Source: Candidatus Poriferihabitaceae bacterium (GTDB lineage: Bacteria > Pseudomonadota > Gammaproteobacteria > Arenicellales > Poriferihabitantaceae). From it: 64,000 nt of DNA. Positions 48,607 through 58,629 of this stretch are shown one piece after another; position 1 is the stretch's first letter, and each line of letters begins with the position of its first letter. Where the stretch lies: positions 2,607,380 through 2,671,379 of the forward strand of contig OZ243931.1 of NCBI GenBank assembly GCA_965214055.1, in the 5' to 3' direction. Position numbers and translations under genes: made by a program. The notes below the pieces were generated by a model. It was not told where the DNA came from. It did no database searches and was given only the letters and a program-made list of their open reading frames with translations.

Positions 48607-48636
48607 CCCGGCACACGCCAGGAAACCGGGGTTTTT
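48607..48636 (+). terminator. Weak candidate intrinsic terminator after fhs
   Basis: CCCGG (48607-48611) pairs with CCGGG (48626-48630), followed by a T5 run (48632-48636). The stem is short and the loop long. Confidence 0.25.
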
Positions 48637-48704
48637 CTTCTCAAATGACAACAGAAAACATCCCTGCTAAAATGTATCGGAATTCCACACTGTAGGAGAG
48701 TCGG

Positions 48705-49712
48705 TTGCTCCCCACCCATGACATCTCCAGCTTTCTGAACAATCCTGTCAGTGAAGAGGGCCGGGCCTTTGTAACCGCGCTTCTCGAAACCTGTCATGAT
48801 CCCGGTTTCTTTTACCTGGTCGGCCATGGGATTTCTGCTGACAAAAATGATGAAATGATCGAGGTTGCCCGTCGTTTCTTCGCCCTGCCTGAAAACGAAC
48901 GGCACCAGATGGCCATCGCCAATTCTCCCCATTTTCGGGGGTACACCGTGCTCGGTGATGAAGTGACTGCAGGTCGGCGTGACTGGCGGGATCAACTGGA
49001 TATCGGCCCTGAAGAACCCGCGTTGGCCCTGGGTACGGAAGACCCCCCGTGGCTGCGCCTGAGGGGGCCGAATCAATGGCCGGACAGCCTTCCCGAAATG
49101 CGTACGGCAGTGGTTTCCTGGATGGGAGAGATCCAGTCTCTTGGACTGGCCATCATCCGGGCCCTGGCCATGGGGCTGGGCCAATCCATGGATTTCTTTG
49201 ATCATACCGTGTCGCCAGACCCGTATACGCGTTTGAAAATCGTGCGCTATCCAGCCCGGTCAGCTGATGCGTACACCGGGCAGGGGCTGGGTCTGCATCA
49301 TGATTCCGGTTTGGTAACATTGATACTCCAGGACGAAGTGCCCGGGTTGCAGGTAGAAAATAACGGGAGACTGTTTGAGGTGGAGCCGATTCCCGGTGCC
49401 TATGTGGTCAATCTGGGTGAAATGCTGCAGGTCGCCAGTAATGGCTATTTGCGTGCCACCAAACATCGGGTCGAAAGCCCGCCACCGGGCAAGCAACGAA
49501 TTTCCATTGCCTATTTCATGAACCCGCGGCTGGACGCGGTATTCAAGCCCGTTTCTCTTCCCCTCGAACTCGAAACCCGGGCACCCGGAGGGCAGAATGC
49601 GAACCCGGATGATCCGGTCTATCCGGTTTTTGGAGACAACACCCTGAAAATCCGAATGCGGGCCCATCCCGACGTAGTGGCCAGGCACTATAATGGGATC
49701 AATCCGTATTGA
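48705..49712 (+). CDS. 2-oxoglutarate/Fe(II)-dependent oxygenase (isopenicillin-N-synthase-like family)
   Basis: 335 aa. N-terminal DIOX_N-like region, the 'LGLHHDSG' H-x-D motif and a distal 'ATKHRV' His. TTG start in the ORF track. Confidence 0.8.
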   Translation: MLPTHDISSFLNNPVSEEGRAFVTALLETCHDPGFFYLVGHGISADKNDEMIEVARRFFALPENERHQMAIANSPHFRGYTVLGDEVTAGRRDWRDQLDIGPEEPALALGTEDPPWLRLRGPNQWPDSLPEMRTAVVSWMGEIQSLGLAIIRALAMGLGQSMDFFDHTVSPDPYTRLKIVRYPARSADAYTGQGLGLHHDSGLVTLILQDEVPGLQVENNGRLFEVEPIPGAYVVNLGEMLQVASNGYLRATKHRVESPPPGKQRISIAYFMNPRLDAVFKPVSLPLELETRAPGGQNANPDDPVYPVFGDNTLKIRMRAHPDVVARHYNGINPY

Positions 49713-49772
49713 TGCCCCCCGTAACCGGTACGGATTCTGTTCAGCCCGAGACACCGGGATCCCGGGACGGGG

Positions 49773-50702
49773 GTGTGGCAACGGTTCGCGGGTGGCAGAT
49801 GCCGGCAGAACCGGTGCCGCCCGGATTTCCGGCATGAATTTCAACAGAAAGTGATTCCAACACCGCAGGGCCCATCCGTGTCCACAATATCCGACCAGCA
49901 GATTCAGGATTACCAGCGCGATGGTGTGATCGTATTGCGCAAATACTTCACTCAACCCTGGCTCAAGAGACTGGCTTCAGGGATTGAACGTTGTTCTCTC
50001 AAACCGAGCTCACGCAGCAAGATTTACGTGGACGATGCGCATTCCGGTGGGCACTTGTTTTTTGATGCCCGCACCGTGGGTGAAATTGATGAATTTGACG
50101 AACTCATGCTGGAATCGCCCATGGCCGAGGCGGCGGGCCGTTTGATGAAGGCCCAGTACGCCACCCCCTACTACATCACGATGTTTGTGAGAACTCCCGG
50201 GACGCAACAAAGGACACCCTGGCATCAGGACCAGCCATCCTGGTCAGCCGGGGGGGAGCAGGGGTGCAGCATGTGGATGTCCCTGGACCCAGTGCCTGCC
50301 CAAACCGGGCTCGAATTTGTGCGTGGGTCCCATCGCTGGAAAACGAAATATTCCCGGGACCCGTTCTTTCAAACCGAGTACGAGGAGGGGAATTCCCCGG
50401 ATTTACAGCCGTTCCCGGACATAGAGGGGCATCGGCACGACTATGACATTGTCTCATGGGGGATGGAGCCCGGGGACTGTGTCGTTTTTCACGGCATGCT
50501 GACGCACGGGGGGTCGGGCAACCTGCCGGCGAACCTCGGTCGCAGAACGGTATCGGTGCAATGGCTCGGTGAAGACGCACGCTACCGCATCGTCCCCGGG
50601 GGCGATGATCCCAACATCAGCGCCGAAGTCGTGAAATTCGGTATTCAACCCGGGGACCCCCTGGTCAGTGATCTTTGTCCCGTGGTATGGCGGGCCGAAT
50701 AA
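49773..50702 (+). CDS. Phytanoyl-CoA dioxygenase (PhyH)-family Fe(II)/2OG oxygenase
   Basis: 'DQQIQDYQRDGVIVLRKYF', 'TPWHQDQPSW' and 'VVFHGMLTHGG'. The start is uncertain because the N-terminal ~35 codons look non-coding. Confidence 0.7.
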   Translation: MWQRFAGGRCRQNRCRPDFRHEFQQKVIPTPQGPSVSTISDQQIQDYQRDGVIVLRKYFTQPWLKRLASGIERCSLKPSSRSKIYVDDAHSGGHLFFDARTVGEIDEFDELMLESPMAEAAGRLMKAQYATPYYITMFVRTPGTQQRTPWHQDQPSWSAGGEQGCSMWMSLDPVPAQTGLEFVRGSHRWKTKYSRDPFFQTEYEEGNSPDLQPFPDIEGHRHDYDIVSWGMEPGDCVVFHGMLTHGGSGNLPANLGRRTVSVQWLGEDARYRIVPGGDDPNISAEVVKFGIQPGDPLVSDLCPVVWRAE

Positions 50703-51069
50703 CCGGAACCATTACTTTTTTATCCACCACCTCCACCGTGTATCCGGCGTAGCCGGGGCATTTCCCGTGGAGATACGCTTTGCGTAATCCGGGCACAAGG
50801 GATATGCCGGCTGCCAGGGGAGGAAAGTATCCGTCCGAAGAGGCCTCCCCCACGGTGGTTACGGTGGGTTCAAATGAAAACCGCCGGGCATTGCCCCGGG
50901 TGTTAACGGTATAATGGGAGACCAACCGATTCGGGCAGACCGTGTTCGACTTGAGCGGGAAAGTCCATTTTCTTGTGAACAGTCTGTACTGGAAACTGTA
51001 AGAAATTCTGTAGTTATGGTATAAAAAAGACAGGCAGGACAAGTGATATCCATCCACAAATACTTTCAA
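50665..51069 (-). CDS. Hypothetical ORF (coding status doubtful)
   Basis: It is the only long ORF in the 375-bp gap between the PhyH-like and hisA-like genes. No motif recognised. The 5' third is AT-rich and probably non-coding. Confidence 0.2.
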   Translation of the reverse strand: MKVFVDGYHLSCLSFLYHNYRISYSFQYRLFTRKWTFPLKSNTVCPNRLVSHYTVNTRGNARRFSFEPTVTTVGEASSDGYFPPLAAGISLVPGLRKAYLHGKCPGYAGYTVEVVDKKVMVPVIRPAIPRDKDH

Positions 51070-51077
51070 ATCGATAG

Positions 51078-51830
51078 GTGGTGCAAATGATAATTTACCC
51101 GGATATTGAGTTGCACAATGGTCAGTGCGTCAATTTGAAGCATGGGAGTATTGAGGACCCCCAGACGTTCGACATACGGCCCCTGGACGCTGCACGGGAA
51201 TTTGAAAATGGGGGAGCACAGTGGTTGCATGTGGTGGACCTTGATGGGGTATTTGAACATCACGGGCAAAACGCTGAAATCATCCGGGATATCATTTCGA
51301 AATCGAATATTCCAGTTCAGGTCGGCGGAGGAATCCGGTCATTAAGTTCCGCCGACTGGTGGATGGAAAACGGAGCCGCCCGGGTGGTGCTCGGCACTGC
51401 CGCGGTGGTGGATCAACACCTGGTGGAGTCTTTGTGTTCCAAGTATCCCGATGGTGTGGCCATCAGTATTGATGCCAGAGATGGCAAGGTGGTTTCCCAT
51501 GGCTGGAAGCACACCTCGGCGTTTACCGCGATGGAACTGGCAAAACGTTTTGAAAGAAGTGGGGCGGCGGCCATTATCTATACCGATATCGACCGCTACG
51601 ACGAATTGCCGGAAAGCAGTATGGCCAATACCACGCAGATGGCGACTGAACTGGCGTGCCCGGTTGTATCCAGCGGAACGGTCCGCAATCTCGACGACAT
51701 CTCAATGCTGGTCAATCTTCCCAATATCTCCGGGGCGGTAACAGGCTGGGCGTTGTTCAACCGGGTGTTTACGATTGAAGAGGCGGTTGCCGTGGCGAGC
51801 CAACAGACCACCAAAGCGGAATTCATCTAG
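51078..51830 (+). CDS. HisA-family (beta/alpha)8-barrel protein, divergent paralogue
   Basis: 250 aa. 'WLHVVDLDG', 'VQVGGGIR', 'ARVVLGTAAV' and 'AAIIYTDIDR' match ProFAR isomerase HisA. It is not in a his operon, and several canonical positions are altered (see findings). Confidence 0.75.
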   Translation: MVQMIIYPDIELHNGQCVNLKHGSIEDPQTFDIRPLDAAREFENGGAQWLHVVDLDGVFEHHGQNAEIIRDIISKSNIPVQVGGGIRSLSSADWWMENGAARVVLGTAAVVDQHLVESLCSKYPDGVAISIDARDGKVVSHGWKHTSAFTAMELAKRFERSGAAAIIYTDIDRYDELPESSMANTTQMATELACPVVSSGTVRNLDDISMLVNLPNISGAVTGWALFNRVFTIEEAVAVASQQTTKAEFI

Positions 51831-51873
51831 CACCGTCCGATGGAGATCCCCCTTGTATCCGGTTGAGGGCGGA

Positions 51874-52773
51874 TCAGATAGAGGTCATCCGGGCTATCCT
51901 GCGTTGCTGCTGGATCCCGGTGAAAGCCTGCAATACGATGGCACCAAACACAATCAATCCGCCAACTAGGGTATAGACGCCGGGAACTTCTCCCACGGCC
52001 ATCCAGACCCACAGGGGGCCGAGAATCACCTCGGTCAGGGACAGCAGCACCAGCTCTGCCGCCGGCACATGTTTTGACCCAGCTGTATAGATGATCATCC
52101 CAATGCCGACCTGAACCAGTCCCAGCAGGGCGCACATTTCAAAATCATGGTGGGATACCTGAAATCCGGTTCCGGATATCAGGATCATGACCGCTCCGAT
52201 CAGGGTACCGGAAAGACCGGCCCAGAAGACGGTCGGCGTCATGTCAATGCTTTTGGTTCTGCGCAACAGAACGGAAAACATGGAAAATCCAACCGCTGCA
52301 CCCAGGGCGAACAGGTTGCCGAGGAATGCACCCACCAGAATCCCTTCGATCACCATCACCAGTATGCCCAGGGCGGTTGCAATCATGCAGTAGACCGTGA
52401 CCCTCTTGACCGCTTCACCCAGAATCAGCCGTCCGAGCAAAGCGGTAATGAACGGTGCGGCGGCCAGCACAAACAGGGCATTGGCGATGGTGGTGTGGGT
52501 CATGGCAAAGATCCAGCTGCAGAAGGTTACGCCAAGACACACTCCGGCAATCACCGACCCCCACCCCGGTTCCCGGTATGCGTTGATCAGGGGACCGCGA
52601 TATCGGAACCCGATGTAGAAAAAAAGGAAAACCGAAAGGGTCAGGGACCGATAAAATAACACCTGCCATTCATTCGCGTTTTCCATGTACCGCATCACCA
52701 CTCCGGCGATACTCCAGATACCTCCCGCAATGAGCACCAGCGCCACCCCTTTGGAATAGTCTTCCCGTACCAT
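51874..52773 (-). CDS. DMT-superfamily transporter (EamA family)
   Basis: 299 aa with ~10 predicted hydrophobic helices in two EamA-like halves. Confidence 0.8.
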   Translation of the reverse strand: MVREDYSKGVALVLIAGGIWSIAGVVMRYMENANEWQVLFYRSLTLSVFLFFYIGFRYRGPLINAYREPGWGSVIAGVCLGVTFCSWIFAMTHTTIANALFVLAAAPFITALLGRLILGEAVKRVTVYCMIATALGILVMVIEGILVGAFLGNLFALGAAVGFSMFSVLLRRTKSIDMTPTVFWAGLSGTLIGAVMILISGTGFQVSHHDFEMCALLGLVQVGIGMIIYTAGSKHVPAAELVLLSLTEVILGPLWVWMAVGEVPGVYTLVGGLIVFGAIVLQAFTGIQQQRRIARMTSI

Positions 52774-53202
52774 AAAGCAGCCCTAGGAGACTGTCCGGAA
52801 ACAGAAGGAATCCCGATTTTTAAAAAAAATAATCATTATATATAAATCATTTAAAGTGATATTATAAAAAAAATCTATTCCCGGGCAACCTTCCGGTTCA
52901 GGAAAATCCAGACAACCACGGCAGTCGGATGGACGGGTTTTTTGGGAAGGACCCGGACGAAAAAAGGGATGAACCGGAATTGGGGAACTGCTTTGTGGAA
53001 AACGCTGTTTTTTGCGGGCACAACCGTGGCATGCGGACCTTTCTCAATTTGTAATGGCGCGGTATTTGCCGGATAATACCGACTGTTTTCCATGTCATTC
53101 AGAATCGGCGCATCCAGGATCAATGAAGATTGATGCCGAGGATTGATGCCCTGAAAATCCTGATGAGGTGGATTTTTTCCATCCCACTCCCTGAGACAGG
53201 CC

Positions 53203-54363
53203 TTGTCACTGCATTTTACAGCCGAAGAATATCAGTACAGGATCGGGAATGCACGCCGTGCAATGGCCGGGAGGGACCTCGACGGCATGTTGCTGTTTGC
53301 ACCGGAAAGCCACTATTACCTGACCGGATACGACACGTTTGGATATGCCATGTTCCAGTGCATGGTGCTGTCCGCCGACGGAGACATCCACCTGTTTACC
53401 CGCCTGCCGGATTTGCGGCAGGCACAGCAGACATCGGTTCTGCCGGATTCTCACATTCACCTGTGGCATGATTGGGAAGGTGTGGACCCATTTCAGGGCC
53501 TGTACCGGTTACTGCAGCAAATCGGCCTGGGAAGTGCCCGGTTGGGCATTGAAACCAATACAGTGGGACTGAATGCCTTCAACGGACAGAAACTGCATAG
53601 GGCGCTCCAGGAAAAAGGGTCCCTGGTGGAGGCATCCGATCTCATCAGCGGGCTGCGCCGGCAAAAAAGTGAACAGGAAATCGAGTACCACAAAAAGGCG
53701 GCGGCGCTGAGCGATGATGCGCTGGATGCCGCGGTCGCCATGACCACGGCCGGGGTCTTTGAGGGGGAGATCCTTGCCGCCATGCAGGGGGCGGTTTTCC
53801 GGGGCGGGGGCAGTTATGCGGGAAACGAGTTTATCGTCGGTTCCGGCGAGGGAGCGCTATTGTGCCGATACCAGTCGGGGCCGCGACACCTGGATGAATC
53901 GGATCAATTGACCCTGGAATGGGCGGGGGCGTATCACCGGTATCATTCGGCAATGATGCGAACCCTGGTCGTGGGTCCTGCATCGGAGACCCAGAAAAAA
54001 ATGCACGCCGCGGTGGTGGAAGCACTCCAGGCCTGCGAACAGGCCATACAACCGGGCCGGCCCATGGGGCAGGTCTACCAGGCCCACGCCACCGTCCTGG
54101 ATGAGCATGGACTGGGGCATGCCAGAATGAAAGCATGCGGGTATGGAATGGGGGCGGTATTCAACCCGATCTGGGTGGATTTTCCGATGTTCTATGAGGA
54201 CAATCCATTGCTCATGCATGCCGGAAATGTCTTTTTCCTCCACATGATCCTGATGGATTCCGATTCCGGGTATGCCATGTGCTGGGGGCATTCGGTGCTG
54301 GTGACCGAAACCGGGGTGGAAAGACTCAGCCGCTCTCCCCTGGATCTCGTGGAGAATCTTTGA
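53203..54363 (+). CDS. M24-family metallopeptidase/hydrolase with creatinase-type N-terminal domain
   Basis: 386 aa. N-terminal 'LDGMLLFAPESHYYLTGYDTFGY' (creatinase_N). The C-terminal pita-bread fold region carries metal-ligand-like residues ('GYGMG', 'NVFFLHMILMD'). TTG start. Confidence 0.75.
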   Translation: MSLHFTAEEYQYRIGNARRAMAGRDLDGMLLFAPESHYYLTGYDTFGYAMFQCMVLSADGDIHLFTRLPDLRQAQQTSVLPDSHIHLWHDWEGVDPFQGLYRLLQQIGLGSARLGIETNTVGLNAFNGQKLHRALQEKGSLVEASDLISGLRRQKSEQEIEYHKKAAALSDDALDAAVAMTTAGVFEGEILAAMQGAVFRGGGSYAGNEFIVGSGEGALLCRYQSGPRHLDESDQLTLEWAGAYHRYHSAMMRTLVVGPASETQKKMHAAVVEALQACEQAIQPGRPMGQVYQAHATVLDEHGLGHARMKACGYGMGAVFNPIWVDFPMFYEDNPLLMHAGNVFFLHMILMDSDSGYAMCWGHSVLVTETGVERLSRSPLDLVENL

Positions 54364-54522
54364 CCGGCCCATTGTGTTTCGGTGGTGAAGACTGCCGGCA
54401 TGTGGGGGCTGATCATGTGGGCACAATGGAAAGGGGTGTGCATTCCGGTCACGGGAAGCCAGCCCCGAGGCATGTATGCCAGGCAGCGAGCGAGTTCGGT
54501 TATTGTTCGCCTTTCCCCCGAA

Positions 54523-57500
54523 TTATTTTGCAGGAGGAATGGAAACATCAATTACGCAGACCCGGATTTTTAATTGCTCTTCATTCAGGAGCGTGTTTTT
54601 CAAAAGATCCGCGAGTTCGCCAGGACTTCCTGGAGGGGGTCCTGTCTCTGGTGGTGTCGGGTGATCGCCTTTTCTATCTCCGAACCAAAACACAAGATAG
54701 ATGCCATGCCCGCCCGTCCCAGAATCTATAACGTATTTAGCAATAAGTGGTGATCGGATCGCACTCCAGAGATCTTGGCTACTGCTTTTCTTGACTTCGA
54801 TGGGCACATTGAAGTCGTGGTGAGAAACACGAATGTCCGCCCGTTTGTCATTGGCGTAGCGGCCTTCCGCCTCAACGTTAATACCAAGGTGCGCCAACCT
54901 GCTCTTCAAATTCGGCAGCAGCGCATCACGGCATGAAGGTTCCGGTCGTGTGTTCTGTGGGCGGTTGTGCCCATCTACATTCCAGTATTGACGCCAGTCG
55001 GAGGTGTTGCCGTTGCGAATGTGGTTGGCGATCTCGTTCAAATGCTCGAAAGTCAGCGCCGCCAGGTCGGCTGCATTTGCTGGTGCTTTCCTGTCCAGTG
55101 TGTCAAGCACCTGGATAACGCCATAATAGCGGAATTCGGCTTCGCGGCGGATCGCTTTTTGTCGATATGTAGCGTCTATGAGAAAGGAGCGCCAAGGACG
55201 CAGTGCGTTGTTGGAAGATAACACGTCAAGAGCTTTGGTGGCGTCTGCGGACGAAATGATCGCCAACTGCTCAATGAAATCTCGGACCCGGTCCGCAGCA
55301 TTCATTTCCAGTCCCACCATGATTTTTTGGTGGGAGGCGTCACCAAGGGAGTATGGTCTGCAGGACGCACCGATGAGTCGGATCAGGAGGAGCAAAGCAG
55401 GAACGTTTCGAAGGTGTTGCAGATCAGGTAAGAGGTGGAATTGTCTGGATACGGCCTCCGCAAGGAAACGGATCCGGCGTTCTTTTCCAGTCGCATAAGA
55501 GTCCAGTCGATCGATGTAAGAGTCCGGCGCAATGCAAAGGCCGGCGGCCAGCCAGTGGACGCGTTGTGCCACGTTCATATCGCGATGAGCGAGTTTCCTT
55601 TCGATGAGTTCCAGAAGCGGTTCGATATCGTAGTGTTGTCTGGCTGCCAGCAACAGATGGTCCAAACTCGACAACTGATCGGAAGTGCAACGCACGGGAA
55701 AGCGCTTGAGCAGAGGCATGGTGGCCAAGGGGGCGACGCGAGCGTAGTCAGGGGAATGGGCCAGTTTATGGAGTCCCGCGGGAGATACCACGCCGTTGCG
55801 CAATTTGGAGAGAATTGTTCTGACCAACATGTCGGCAACCACCTCAGGACGGTTGGATAGCAACCAGCTGAACCAACGCGGTGACCGGTTCTCTGGAGGC
55901 CTCGCGGTGGGCCACATAGGCACGGTATAGTGAACAGCCAGGGCCAACCGCAAACGGCTTTCTTCTCTTTCGGTCTCACCCGATAGTGCGGACTCTGGGA
56001 TTTCTTCCAGTCCAGCCATGAATGGATGCGCAAGGGGATGCGTCCGGTTCGAGGTCCCGAGGCGTATGATTTGTGTATCCGAAGGGAGATCGTCTCGTTC
56101 GATGGTCCTGCGAAACCCGGACAGGACGGCCTCGACCAAGCTCTCGTCGTTGGCCAAGAGAGCATTCAGCCTGTCTCTTGGTGAATCGCCTCGAACATTG
56201 AGGTATTTGCCGAAATACACTCCGGCAAGTTCGTGCAAAAGAGCGGATGATGCCATATTTCCACGCAGTTCGTTCTCGTGCGGTTTCACTTGGTCGTGCC
56301 AGTTCGGCTGCTTGGTTTGCGCTCGGCGTTCGGAAACGCTCATGTCGGAGACCGGCGCTTCAAGCTCAGCCAATTTCTGGTCAAATATATCCTGAAGGTC
56401 GGAGTATCCAGCCAGCCGACCCGATACAACATCGCGGGAAAGACCGTCGTCGAAGCGACGGCAGTGCAGGCATATCGCAATTTCGCCTAGGAGCCACTCA
56501 GCAGCCCTTTCGTCTTCCGCGAGGATTGCCTGATCGAGGCACCAAAAAGCAAAATCGGATGGCGGTTCGGTACGGAGGAGGCGATCATGCTCTTCTTGGT
56601 ACATGCAGTGGTATGGTTCGAAGCATTCGGATGAGCCGATACAATGCTTGAGGCTCATGATCAGCAGGGTCTTCCATGCGGCAGGGCGTCTTTCGAGCCA
56701 TCCGCGAATTTTTTCGTTGTCTGGACAGTAGCGCCCGTCGGCTACTGCGTGTACCACGGGTCCCAACCAGTGGAACAAGTGGGTCAGGTCCACATCATCT
56801 TCTGATAGGCAAAGAAACCGCTCCAAGAGATCCGTGGGCAACCGGCGTAAGAAGCCAGCGGGATATCCATGCATCGCTTCTTTCGAGAGCAGTTGAGCGT
56901 AGTGTTCAGCGAGTTGGTCAAGAAGAAGGGCGAGTTGATTTCTCGTCGAACTCTTTGGAAGGTGTAAGTTCCAGAAAGATTCATATTCGGGGCAATAGCT
57001 GGGTTTGCGCGAAACCCGGAGATAATGCATGACCTCGGTTTCCGAGATCGCCTCGGGATAGAGGGTGTACAGCAGACAGCCGAGCAGGGCGTCGTCGGGA
57101 TCTGGAATTTTTCCAGCATAAACGTCGGTGGTCAGCACTTTGAGTTCCGCGAAAGCTTTTTCGTCATTTCCCCGGTGTTGCACGAACGCGTCGATGGCAC
57201 GATGCCGAATCCTCGGCCACCACGAGGCATCGCGTATCAGATTCATCAACGGGTCGGCAAGTTCTGGAAGTGGCTCGCCATCCTGGAGTGCTTCGAGCAG
57301 GATAACAATGAAAGATTGCCACGAATCCTGTCTCGACGGGTTGGTCAAGAACTCGCGGAATTGGTCCGCCATGTCGGAGGACACTAGATCACCGAGTCGC
57401 GAATCCGACTGAACCGTGACGATCAGGCGGGGATTTGCTGCGGTTTCCCGTTTGAGGCCGTGCAGAAGCCGTCCCTTTTCTTTTGGCGAGAAGTGTTGGG

Positions 57501-58629
57501 CATCACCGTACAGGACGGTTCCGAGGGGGTCGCGTTCGATCACCTCGGCCCGGCTGAGGTTACTGTGGGCCGCGAGCCACGCGGAAAGACCGCGCAATTC
57601 GGAAACCACGACGCTGTCATGTCCGGTGATCAGTGCGAGAATTCGCCCGACCGGTAGCCCTTTCCTGACAAGAACAGCCAAGTAGTTGGCGGCGAGAAAC
57701 TCCGCGATCTGACGGTGAACGGGAACTGTCCGGTGCTGAGTCAGGGTTTTGAACAACTTGCTCTGCAGGCAGTTGCGAAGTATCGCCCGGTCTTTTCCCG
57801 GTATCTGGTCGAGTCCAAGGAAATTCCGGTCGTTGTCCGTGTCAAAACGCAAGTAGTATCCGGAGGTACCGGTTAACAATTGTATGGCGCAAAGCCTGCC
57901 GCTGGCATTCATCAGATCGGAAACGCTGCCGTGATCTGGTTGCGCTACCCAATGCTCTTCATTGTGTTCCACCAGCAGGGTGCGGCAAGCCATATCGAAG
58001 GCCTCCATCCTGGTGTTGGGCCAACCCGTGTGTGATCCGACCGCGACCGCGAGCATTTTAAGGGTTTGAGGATTGGCCAGTAGTTCCTGGAGACCTTTGT
58101 TCTGGGCCGAAGCGATGAAATTCTCTGGATCATCGATTCCGAGATTTTCACGCAGGATTCGACGAACGTCCTGATCGGACAGAGGCTCGAGGCGTAGGAC
58201 CGTGATGGTTTCGTCGGGTGCGACCGACTGGAGTTGGTTGCGGTCGTTCGTGCCAAACCAATCGGCCTCACGACACGACAGGCGGAAGTGCGGTCGCCCC
58301 ATTTTTTTGAGTTTGGCGCGGATACTGTCCAAGGGTGTCCGTCCGTCGGCGATTCCTGCCCGCGCCTCGTCAAGCCCGTCGATAAATAAGGTTGTATCGT
58401 GCCACTCGGGCCTGTCGTCGAAGGTCAGGAAATTGCGCACAGTGACGTAGGATCCGCGTTGGCGGTTAGCTTCACGGTTGAAAGTGGTGGTCTTACCGGA
58501 GCCCGGAGGGCCAAGCAGAACGTAGGCCTTCTTATCCTCCCATTTCTCTACAGGCTGAGGCGGAAGTTCCGACCCACCGCGAGAATCGTTTTGCAGAATT
58601 TCGCGACACTTTCGTGAAACGGCGTTCAT
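54523..58629 (-). CDS. 1368-aa STAND/NACHT-like P-loop NTPase with long helical middle region and C-terminal PD-(D/E)xK nuclease-like domain
   Basis: - Walker A is 'GPPGSGKTT' (K46; nt 58486-58512).
- Walker B is 'LFIDGLDEA' (D84/D87/E88).
- An 'LANPQTLKML' segment follows.
- About 1000 aa of helical sequence has no recognised motif.
- The C-terminus reads 'VEAEGRYANDKRADIRVSHHDFNVPIEVKK' (D1265, E1278, K1280; nt ~54790-54870).
- The start codon overlaps the stop of the upstream ATPase gene (ATGA at 58626-58629). Confidence 0.8.
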   Translation of the reverse strand: MNAVSRKCREILQNDSRGGSELPPQPVEKWEDKKAYVLLGPPGSGKTTTFNREANRQRGSYVTVRNFLTFDDRPEWHDTTLFIDGLDEARAGIADGRTPLDSIRAKLKKMGRPHFRLSCREADWFGTNDRNQLQSVAPDETITVLRLEPLSDQDVRRILRENLGIDDPENFIASAQNKGLQELLANPQTLKMLAVAVGSHTGWPNTRMEAFDMACRTLLVEHNEEHWVAQPDHGSVSDLMNASGRLCAIQLLTGTSGYYLRFDTDNDRNFLGLDQIPGKDRAILRNCLQSKLFKTLTQHRTVPVHRQIAEFLAANYLAVLVRKGLPVGRILALITGHDSVVVSELRGLSAWLAAHSNLSRAEVIERDPLGTVLYGDAQHFSPKEKGRLLHGLKRETAANPRLIVTVQSDSRLGDLVSSDMADQFREFLTNPSRQDSWQSFIVILLEALQDGEPLPELADPLMNLIRDASWWPRIRHRAIDAFVQHRGNDEKAFAELKVLTTDVYAGKIPDPDDALLGCLLYTLYPEAISETEVMHYLRVSRKPSYCPEYESFWNLHLPKSSTRNQLALLLDQLAEHYAQLLSKEAMHGYPAGFLRRLPTDLLERFLCLSEDDVDLTHLFHWLGPVVHAVADGRYCPDNEKIRGWLERRPAAWKTLLIMSLKHCIGSSECFEPYHCMYQEEHDRLLRTEPPSDFAFWCLDQAILAEDERAAEWLLGEIAICLHCRRFDDGLSRDVVSGRLAGYSDLQDIFDQKLAELEAPVSDMSVSERRAQTKQPNWHDQVKPHENELRGNMASSALLHELAGVYFGKYLNVRGDSPRDRLNALLANDESLVEAVLSGFRRTIERDDLPSDTQIIRLGTSNRTHPLAHPFMAGLEEIPESALSGETEREESRLRLALAVHYTVPMWPTARPPENRSPRWFSWLLSNRPEVVADMLVRTILSKLRNGVVSPAGLHKLAHSPDYARVAPLATMPLLKRFPVRCTSDQLSSLDHLLLAARQHYDIEPLLELIERKLAHRDMNVAQRVHWLAAGLCIAPDSYIDRLDSYATGKERRIRFLAEAVSRQFHLLPDLQHLRNVPALLLLIRLIGASCRPYSLGDASHQKIMVGLEMNAADRVRDFIEQLAIISSADATKALDVLSSNNALRPWRSFLIDATYRQKAIRREAEFRYYGVIQVLDTLDRKAPANAADLAALTFEHLNEIANHIRNGNTSDWRQYWNVDGHNRPQNTRPEPSCRDALLPNLKSRLAHLGINVEAEGRYANDKRADIRVSHHDFNVPIEVKKSSSQDLWSAIRSPLIAKYVIDSGTGGHGIYLVFWFGDRKGDHPTPPETGPPPGSPGELADLLKNTLLNEEQLKIRVCVIDVSIPPAK

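Noticed and set aside
52875-53123. 82-aa minus-strand ORF, plus the AT-rich tract (52820-52880) and a GATTGATGCC direct repeat (53128-53137 and 53141-53150) between the EamA and M24 genes.
   Set aside because: The ORF has no motif and spans what looks like a divergent promoter region. The AT-rich tract and 10-bp repeats are plausible regulatory DNA, but nothing specific can be claimed.
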